NCBI GenBank assembly: GCA_020353515.1
Contig: CP070695.1
Location: 839,369-903,368, forward strand
Direction of reading: 5' to 3'
Length of the DNA: 64,000 nucleotides
DNA from: Candidatus Heimdallarchaeota archaeon
Lineage (GTDB): Archaea > Asgardarchaeota > Heimdallarchaeia > Hodarchaeales > Hodarchaeaceae
Numbering within the stretch: position 1 is the first letter of the stretch; every line of letters starts with the position of its first letter. The notes below the pieces were generated by a model that made no database searches, was not told the DNA's origin, and was given only the letters and a program-made list of their open reading frames with translations. Shown here in pieces: positions 10,330 through 17,693 of this stretch. The translations under genes and the position numbers were made by a program.

Positions 10330-10749
10330 TTATGATCTCATTGGCATTACTGTGGCTTTTCCATCTACTACAAGCTCATTATGCTGATTTGTGCAATAAG
10401 TTCTCAAAACCACTCTTTCTTTCTCATCGTCTTTATTGATCACTTCTACTGTTACTAGTATAGTATCCCCTATCCTTATAGGTTTAATAAAAGTTAATTC
10501 CTGCTTTAAATAGATACTTCCTGGTCCTGGGAGTTCATTGGCGAGTACTGCGGAGATTAAAGCTGCAGAAAGCATACCATGTGCTATTCGTCCCTGGAAA
10601 AACGTTTTCTTAGCGTATTCTTCATCTAAATGAATCGGATTTCTGTCTCCGCTTATTTCTGCAAATTTTTTTATATCAATGTCCCTTATAGTACGTTTAA
10701 TTGAAGCTTTTTGTCCAACTTTTATTTCAGAATAACTAAATACAACCAA
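10330..10749 (-). CDS. MaoC-family (R)-enoyl-CoA hydratase/dehydratase
   Basis: FAEISGDRNPIHLD...RIAHGML hydratase-2 motif; LPGPG. Confidence 0.92.
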   Translation of the reverse strand: MVVFSYSEIKVGQKASIKRTIRDIDIKKFAEISGDRNPIHLDEEYAKKTFFQGRIAHGMLSAALISAVLANELPGPGSIYLKQELTFIKPIRIGDTILVTVEVINKDDEKERVVLRTYCTNQHNELVVDGKATVMPMRS

Positions 10750-10929
10750 TTTATCACCTTTGTTTAGAATTCTTGCATGGTTGCCTACTAAATTGAACTT
10801 AGATAATTTTCAATAGAAAAACAAGGCCAATAAATCTCTATTTATATCAAATAGGTAGGGCCCTCTCCACTAGTATAAACGATTTCTCTTAGTACTTTTC
10901 CATATGTTCCAGATTTATAACCGATAATA

Positions 10930-13047
10930 ATGAAGGGATGCATAATGGTTGATATTCCAAAACGAATTGAAAGATTAGAGGAGCTTGCAGAGAATCTCAC
11001 ATGGGTATGGAACCCAAAAGCCCGTGAACTATTTAAACGTCTTGATCATCCTCTATGGGTTTATACTTACCATAATCCTGTTCGTATGCTGCAAATCATA
11101 CCAAATAAAAGGTTAGATGCAGCTGCTCAGAACCCAGCTTTCCTTAAACATTATGATGGCGTCATGCATAATTTTGATCGTGATCTAGATTCAAAGGACA
11201 CATGGTTCTCAAATAACTACCCTCATTTTTCTGGGGAAATAGCTTATGTTAGCACTGAATATGGATTACATCAATCCCTCCCAATTTATTCAGGTGGTTT
11301 AGGAATCCTTAGCGGAGATCATGTTAAGGAAAGTAGTGATTTAGGAGTTCCACTCGTAGGAGTAGGATTCGTGTATCCCCAAGGGTATTTTACTCAGTTA
11401 TTGCCAAGAAATGGGTGGCAAGAAGCGCAATATAATTACTTGAAATTTAATCAAATACCAATTAATCCTATTATCAAAAATGAAGCTGAACAATTACATA
11501 TAGAACTAAAGTTCCCTAAGCCAATTTTTTTGAGAGTCTGGAACCTCAAGGTTGGAAGAACCCCACTTTATCTTATGGACACTGATATTGATAAAAATGA
11601 ACCATGGAACCGAGGTCTTTCAGCACGACTTTATGGAGGAGACCAAGAAATGAGGATACGTCAGGAAATTGTTCTTGGTTTCGGGTCTGTAAGGATTCTT
11701 TCACAACTTGGGCATAATCCAGAAGTATATCACTGTAATGAGGGTCATACTGCGTTTGTCGGCCTTGAACTTCTTCGAAGGGAGATGATTGAGAATGGAA
11801 AGAGCTTTGAAGAAGCAACTAAAATTGTACGAAATAAGATTATTTTCACGACTCATACTCCAGTAAAAGCTGGACACGATCAATTTCCTTTTGAATTAGT
11901 ATCAAAGTACTTCCAAGATTATTGGGAAAATTTGGGGATCAATCGTGATAAATTTTTAGCTCTTGGAGCATTCGATTGGGGAGATGGCCAAGGTCCAAGG
12001 TTTAATATGACGGCACTTGGTATTAGGTTAAGCCGGTATCAAAATGCTGTCTCAAAGCTCAATTGTGAAATAAGTAACAAAATGTGGAATGGCCTTTTTT
12101 CTACACCTGAATTTGAGAACCGATTACCGATCCAGTTCGTCACCAACGGGGTTCATATTCCCACATGGATTAGCAGATCATTTCAAGCTTTATATAAAAA
12201 GTATTTAGGTAAAAATTGGATTGATAGACACGATGATCCTGACATATTCGAGAAAATTGACAATATCCCAAATAGGGAACTTTGGGCTGCCCGAGAAGAA
12301 GCAAGGGATCGGATGTTTGTATTTTTACGTGAAAGAGCCCGTATTAAAAGAATAGATGAGAATAAAGATTCCCGTCAGACCTTAGTTGCTGGAGCTCTTC
12401 TTGATCCTCATGCTTTGACAATTGGGTTTGCAAGAAGATTTGCAACTTATAAACGAGCATTTTTAATCTTTCATGATATTGAAAGACTCCGTAAAAGTCT
12501 ATTGGACCGTTATACCCCTATTCAAATTATTTTCGCAGGAAAGGCTCACCCTGCTGATGATCCCGGGAAGAATGTTCTTCAACAGATTTACCAAAAGGCG
12601 GTAGATCCATCAATAGGGGGTCGAGTAGCTTTCATCGAAGATTATGATATGCAGGTAGGAAGGTACTTAGTCCAAGGCTGTGATGTGTGGCTTAATACAC
12701 CCCGAAAACCTTTTGAAGCATCAGGTACTTCAGGTATGAAAGCTGCTATCAATGGGTGCCTTAACTTCTCTATTCTAGACGGGTGGTGGCCCGAAGGATA
12801 TGATGGAAGTAATGGCTGGACTATTGGAGGCCAAGAGCAAAATAATATTGAAGATCAAAACCAGTATGATGTTAATTCGTTTTATAGAATTCTAGAGGAA
12901 GAAATACGACCGTTATTTTATGATAAAGATAGTGAAGGAATACCAACGGGGTGGTGTGAAGTCGTTCGAAATTCAATTAAAAGTATAACACCCGCTTTCT
13001 CTGCCCGAAGAATGCTTAAAGAATATGTAAAAGGATATATTCCATGA
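10930..13047 (+). CDS. glgP: Alpha-glucan (glycogen/maltodextrin) phosphorylase
   Basis: YSGGLGILSGDH, NEGH, FTTHTP, GFARRFATYKR, EASGTSGMKAA (PLP lysine). Confidence 0.95.
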   Translation: MKGCIMVDIPKRIERLEELAENLTWVWNPKARELFKRLDHPLWVYTYHNPVRMLQIIPNKRLDAAAQNPAFLKHYDGVMHNFDRDLDSKDTWFSNNYPHFSGEIAYVSTEYGLHQSLPIYSGGLGILSGDHVKESSDLGVPLVGVGFVYPQGYFTQLLPRNGWQEAQYNYLKFNQIPINPIIKNEAEQLHIELKFPKPIFLRVWNLKVGRTPLYLMDTDIDKNEPWNRGLSARLYGGDQEMRIRQEIVLGFGSVRILSQLGHNPEVYHCNEGHTAFVGLELLRREMIENGKSFEEATKIVRNKIIFTTHTPVKAGHDQFPFELVSKYFQDYWENLGINRDKFLALGAFDWGDGQGPRFNMTALGIRLSRYQNAVSKLNCEISNKMWNGLFSTPEFENRLPIQFVTNGVHIPTWISRSFQALYKKYLGKNWIDRHDDPDIFEKIDNIPNRELWAAREEARDRMFVFLRERARIKRIDENKDSRQTLVAGALLDPHALTIGFARRFATYKRAFLIFHDIERLRKSLLDRYTPIQIIFAGKAHPADDPGKNVLQQIYQKAVDPSIGGRVAFIEDYDMQVGRYLVQGCDVWLNTPRKPFEASGTSGMKAAINGCLNFSILDGWWPEGYDGSNGWTIGGQEQNNIEDQNQYDVNSFYRILEEEIRPLFYDKDSEGIPTGWCEVVRNSIKSITPAFSARRMLKEYVKGYIP

Positions 13048-13063
13048 AGAATGTCGTTCTCTT

Positions 13064-13666
13064 TTAACCAGTTAGCATCTTTTGAGCATTCTCTTGCCAA
13101 GTTTTGATCTGCTTGTCACTTTTTCGGCCGATCATTGTTGCAATCTCCTGACTGTGTTTACTTAATAAATCCCCAATTGTTTTGATGTTGGTTGCAACTA
13201 ATTTATCAAAAGCTGCCTTTCCAATTCCCTTCACTTCTGAAACAGAAGTTAATGTATTTATAGTCGGTGCTGCAACAGTTGGTTTCACAGGTTCCGCTAC
13301 TGGTTCTGGTATTGGTTCTGGTGGTTTTTCAACAGGTTTTATTTTTCCCTTGACTTTGATTGGAGGTTTAGGTACTGGTTTAGGTTTTTCCTTTTTAGGC
13401 TTAGTTTTTGGTTGTACTTTAAGAGAAGGCGCCTTTTGAAATAACTTTCCAGTTTCAATGCAAAGCCAAAGATGTTGTTGTTTAGATGGATCATCAGGAA
13501 GGTAATGATACCCAATATCATAAATAGCCCCAGGACACGATTCTTTGTGCAACGCTTTAGCCACTCGTTTTGTTTTTGGAATGTATTTCTTCACCCAATG
13601 CTTACCAATAATATAAGTGTCACCTGGTTTTCCTAGTGTGTGTTTCCACAACATTAATAATACCAC
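13064..13666 (-). CDS. Protein with unknown N-domain, Pro/Lys-rich linker and C-terminal helix-hairpin-helix domain
   Basis: PKPVPKPP...PEPIPEP linker; VSEVKGIGKAAFDKL...IKTIGDLL HhH pattern. Confidence 0.7.
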   Translation of the reverse strand: MVLLMLWKHTLGKPGDTYIIGKHWVKKYIPKTKRVAKALHKESCPGAIYDIGYHYLPDDPSKQQHLWLCIETGKLFQKAPSLKVQPKTKPKKEKPKPVPKPPIKVKGKIKPVEKPPEPIPEPVAEPVKPTVAAPTINTLTSVSEVKGIGKAAFDKLVATNIKTIGDLLSKHSQEIATMIGRKSDKQIKTWQENAQKMLTG

Positions 13667-13803
13667 TTTTCGATTAAACTGTTTGAAGACGAGTTTTCAA
13701 AAAAACTATAACAGTTTCTCTTAATCTAGGAACAAGACTCTTAAGAACTTAAATCGTGTGAAAATCTTACTAATAAGTTATCTAATGAATGTGGTGATTA
13801 TAA

Positions 13804-14793
13804 ATGCAAAGTAACGAGCAAAGAAAGAGAATTGGAGTATTCTGTAGTGGGGGTGATGCTCCAGGTATGAATGCTTGTTTGCGAGCTGTAGTACGAAGAG
13901 GTATTGCGAAAAAACTTAATATAATTGCAATCCACAGAGGATTTCAGGGTATTTTCGATGAAGCATTTGAGAAAATGACTCCCCGTTCTGTTGGAAATAT
14001 TCTCCAACTAGGCGGAACTATCATAAAAACCGCAAGATGTAAGAAGTTTTATTCAATAGAGGGGGTATTAGAGGCAGTGACTATATTAAAAAAACACAGA
14101 TTGGATGGATTAATAGCAATAGGGGGAGATGGAACATTTCGTGGTTTATTAGAATTAAAAAAACTTTGGGATGGCCAAGTCATAGGGATTCCAGGAACAA
14201 TCGATAATGATATTTTTGGCACAGATTATACTATTGGTTATGACACTGCAATCGATACTGTTATTCAAATGCTTGATCGAATCAGAGATACAGCAGAGTC
14301 ACATGAACGTGCATTTGTTGTTGAAGTTATGGGACGTCATACAGGTTTTATCGCTCTCAAGGTGGGGATAGGATGTGGAGCTGAGGAGGTATTGATCCCA
14401 GAACATACTATTGATTTAGAAACTGTAGCTAGGCGTGTAAAGGTAGCTCAGAAACGAGGGAAAAAAAGTATTATCATCATAGTAGCGGAAGGGGTAAGTA
14501 AAGGTAACATTTTTGATTTTTGTAATCGTTTAACTACCCAAAAAGGATTGGAATTTCAAACACACATATCTATTTTAGGCCACGTACAACGTGGAGGGTC
14601 ACCAAGCGCTCTTGACCGATGGCTGGCAACACGACTTGGTGCATTCGCCGTCGACTGTGTTTTAAAAGGGGATACAGGAATTATGGTGGGTGAACAGAAT
14701 CTCCAATTAGTAAAAATTCCCCTTGAGGATACACAAAAGAAAAAACCCATTGATTCCTATGCTTATGAAATAATTCACGATCTTGCGATTTAA
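13804..14793 (+). CDS. pfkA: ATP-dependent 6-phosphofructokinase (bacterial PfkA type)
   Basis: SGGDAPGMN, GGDGT and PGTIDND (Gly at both ATP/PPi-discriminating positions), EVMGR, LGHVQRGG. Confidence 0.93.
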   Translation: MQSNEQRKRIGVFCSGGDAPGMNACLRAVVRRGIAKKLNIIAIHRGFQGIFDEAFEKMTPRSVGNILQLGGTIIKTARCKKFYSIEGVLEAVTILKKHRLDGLIAIGGDGTFRGLLELKKLWDGQVIGIPGTIDNDIFGTDYTIGYDTAIDTVIQMLDRIRDTAESHERAFVVEVMGRHTGFIALKVGIGCGAEEVLIPEHTIDLETVARRVKVAQKRGKKSIIIIVAEGVSKGNIFDFCNRLTTQKGLEFQTHISILGHVQRGGSPSALDRWLATRLGAFAVDCVLKGDTGIMVGEQNLQLVKIPLEDTQKKKPIDSYAYEIIHDLAI

Positions 14794-14826
14794 TGGTTAA
14801 AGAACAGTAAAAAGAGGTCACTTTAC

Positions 14827-15960
14827 ATGTGTGATACTTTCGTTGCACTCGGATCAGCTACTATTGATGGTAAGGTGATTTTTGGAAAAAATAGTGACAG
14901 ACCATATCTAGAAAAACAAACAATTGTGTATTTCCCAAGAAAACAATATACAGATGAAACTGTTCTTAAATGTACTCACATCTCCATCCCACAAGTCGAG
15001 GAAACACATGCAGTTTTACTTTCAAAACCTAGTTGGATGTGGGGGGCAGAGATGGGAGCTAATGAAAAGAATGTCGTAATTGGCAATGAAGCCATATTCG
15101 ACACAAAAGAACCTTTAGGACCCCCTTCATTAATTGGAATGGACTTAGTTCGTCTCGCTCTCGAGCGATCTTCAACCACTATTCAGGCTGTCCACATTAT
15201 TTGCGAATTGCTAGAGACATACAATCAAGGAGGAGCATGCGCGGAAGATGATCCGACGTTAATGTACCATAATTCCTTTCTCATAGCAGATTCTAATGAA
15301 GCCTGGGTTCTAGAAACCGCAGGGAAGTGGTGGATTGCTCAACAGATTAAAGACGGATTTAGAAATATCTCAAATTCTTTGTCAATTCGATCAGAATATA
15401 CTCTTGCCAAAGAAGGGATTGTAGATTATGTCCTTGATAAAGACTATTGTGACAACCGTGGAGAGTTTAATTTTGCAAAATGCTTTACTAAAGGTTTTTA
15501 TCAAACCCCTTCAAGATATTCACGGGAAGGTTGGGGAAATTATCTTTTACAATTAAATTCTGGAAACATTGGTCCAAAAATTATGATGGAGATCCTCCGT
15601 GATCATTATGGGGGTATCTGTATGCATGGGGCCTTCCGAACGACCGCTTCTCAGGTTTCTTATCTTTCGAGAAAGAATACTATTCATTGGATGACAGGAT
15701 CACCACACCCATGTGTTAGTTTCTTTAAACCATTTGTTGTTCCAAGGCAAAATCAACCTATAGAAATTGACATCTTTTCACAAAGAGATAATCTCAATCT
15801 ATTAGAAAAACAGGCTATAATTCAGGAACTACATTCTTTCGAGCAAGAATTAATCCAATCTATTCAAAATATAATCCAGACCGATAATTGGTTAATGAAA
15901 GATATTCAGACTCTCACCCAGGAAGCTCTAAAGCGTGAGTATTCATTAATTTCGGCGTGA
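14827..15960 (+). CDS. C69-family dipeptidase / secernin-like Ntn hydrolase
   Basis: N-terminal MCDTFVA nucleophile Cys, GKNSDR, WMWGAEMGANE, LGMDLVRL-like motif. Confidence 0.9.
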   Translation: MCDTFVALGSATIDGKVIFGKNSDRPYLEKQTIVYFPRKQYTDETVLKCTHISIPQVEETHAVLLSKPSWMWGAEMGANEKNVVIGNEAIFDTKEPLGPPSLIGMDLVRLALERSSTTIQAVHIICELLETYNQGGACAEDDPTLMYHNSFLIADSNEAWVLETAGKWWIAQQIKDGFRNISNSLSIRSEYTLAKEGIVDYVLDKDYCDNRGEFNFAKCFTKGFYQTPSRYSREGWGNYLLQLNSGNIGPKIMMEILRDHYGGICMHGAFRTTASQVSYLSRKNTIHWMTGSPHPCVSFFKPFVVPRQNQPIEIDIFSQRDNLNLLEKQAIIQELHSFEQELIQSIQNIIQTDNWLMKDIQTLTQEALKREYSLISA

Positions 15961-16209
15961 TGGGTGATTATTGCTTCTATTTGTTTGGATCAACTAAATT
16001 TCTCTTTTAACCGAGACAATATAAATGGTGAGGACCATCAAACTCGTTTCTTAATGTGTTTACTTGAAAATTCATTGTAAAAACTTCTTAATTCACTTGA
16101 CTTAATAGCTACTTTGAAGAGGTTTATTCAGAAATTTTTTTTATGAAAGGCTTTTTTCTGATTATTATAAAAAAAAAATAGATTCCCATATCATTATTCA
16201 AATGCATTT

Positions 16210-17391
16210 TTGGAGATACCATTGGAACACGTTAAAAGGCAAAATTTGTCGTCTTTTTATTCGGCTTTCAATCTCCTAGAAAAAACAGCGAAAAGAACGG
16301 TAAATTCGATAAATGAAAATCCTCCTTGCCTTGTAGAATTTTGTAAAACACTTGAAGAAGCGAAAGAGAAAGACAAGAGGATACATCTCGTGGGGATGGG
16401 TAGATCAGGAAAAGTAGGTATGTTATTAGGGGAATTATTAAAAAATGTAGGTTATAAAGTCTCATATTTAGGTAAAAGTCTTGCCAAACCAGTCCGAAGA
16501 GATGATGTAGTTATTGGTATCACTGGTTCAGGATGGACTAGCTTCACGATAAATACCTTACAGGAATCAATTAGTAGAGGCGCAAAAATTTTAGTTTTCA
16601 CTGGTGACCAGCATTCTCTTGCAGCAAGATTAGCAGATTCAATTATTCTTATCCCACGGGGATATGTGAAGGAAAAGTTCGCTCCTGTTTCTCATGCTGC
16701 CTTAACACCTGTTTCTCACGCACCTCTTACCCCACTTGGCACAGTATTTGAAATGACATCTATGTGTATTGGTATTGGTGTAATTTTAGGACTCCGAGAC
16801 GACTCATCTGTTAAAGGGTTTAATGAAAGTGTAAATGAAGTTTTAAGAGCAGCAGAAATGACTTTAGACAATATTAAGAGAAACGAACAACCTTTACTGC
16901 AGTTTGTCACTCTCCTTGAAAGTTATTCCAGCCAATCAGGTAAAATGCTATTTGTCTATGGTAGTGGCCTAGATTCAATTATCGCAAGTATTTCCTCTAT
17001 TAGATTAAGTCATCTAAGAATTAATTGTAAATCAAATTATGATTGGAGATTCAGAGGGAAAAAAGACTTACTTATTGGAATCTCGGGTTCAGGTGTATCC
17101 ACAAGTACTTTAGAACGTGTTGAAAGTGCGAAATCCGCCCATATGCGCATAGTTGGGTTAACATCTTTTTCAGAATCAGAATTAGCTAGAAAATCAGATA
17201 TTTTTCTCCCTATTGAGGGAAGAACAGAAAAGATAAGTGCTGATTTACATCAAATATCGAATCTTAGCTTCTTAATTCCTTCATTTGAATACGCGGCCGC
17301 AATTACTTTAGATTCATGTGTTGCTCAATTAGCAATGGATCTAGGCATTAGTGAGAGAGAAATGAAAGAAGAGCATGCGAATATTGAATGA
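16210..17391 (+). CDS. 6-phospho-3-hexuloisomerase-like protein with two tandem SIS domains
   Basis: Domain 1: GMGRSG, ITGSGWT, APLTPLGTVFE. Domain 2: GSGLDS, ISGSGVS, PSFE. C-terminal MKEEHANIE is the typical PHI ending. Confidence 0.85.
   Translation: MEIPLEHVKRQNLSSFYSAFNLLEKTAKRTVNSINENPPCLVEFCKTLEEAKEKDKRIHLVGMGRSGKVGMLLGELLKNVGYKVSYLGKSLAKPVRRDDVVIGITGSGWTSFTINTLQESISRGAKILVFTGDQHSLAARLADSIILIPRGYVKEKFAPVSHAALTPVSHAPLTPLGTVFEMTSMCIGIGVILGLRDDSSVKGFNESVNEVLRAAEMTLDNIKRNEQPLLQFVTLLESYSSQSGKMLFVYGSGLDSIIASISSIRLSHLRINCKSNYDWRFRGKKDLLIGISGSGVSTSTLERVESAKSAHMRIVGLTSFSESELARKSDIFLPIEGRTEKISADLHQISNLSFLIPSFEYAAAITLDSCVAQLAMDLGISEREMKEEHANIE
16684..16731 (+). repeat. 24-bp imperfect tandem duplication within the PHI gene (PVSHAALT/PVSHAPLT)
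   Basis: cctgtttctcatgctgccttaaca followed by cctgtttctcacgcacctcttacc. Confidence 0.85.
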
Positions 17392-17393
17392 TT

Positions 17394-17693
17394 TCAGAGT
17401 CCAAGCTTAAAAAATCCACCTGCGATTAGTGGAAAAATGGACACCTCACAGTCGTGACTTAAGCTAGTATCTAATCCCTCCAGAGCAAGTATATTTCGTC
17501 CATCAATAAGAATTGTAAATCCTTTTTTTAATTCTTCATTTTCTAAAAAGAAAGAACTTCCTTTTTTACCAGATTTCGATTGAAAAAAGTCGAAAATCTG
17601 CCTCAATTCTATAGGTTCCTTAATAACAATATTATGAGTTTCTCCAAATTCCAATTGTAAAATGGCAAAAAAAATGAGCCTTATTGTAATCAT
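17394..17693 (-). CDS. MoaD/ThiS/SAMP-family ubiquitin-like protein with C-terminal extension after Gly-Gly
   Basis: ILIDGRNI...GLDT.L...EVSIFPLIAGG followed by FFKLGL; start overlaps the stop of the upstream AOR-HPS gene (ATGA). Confidence 0.88.
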   Translation of the reverse strand: MITIRLIFFAILQLEFGETHNIVIKEPIELRQIFDFFQSKSGKKGSSFFLENEELKKGFTILIDGRNILALEGLDTSLSHDCEVSIFPLIAGGFFKLGL

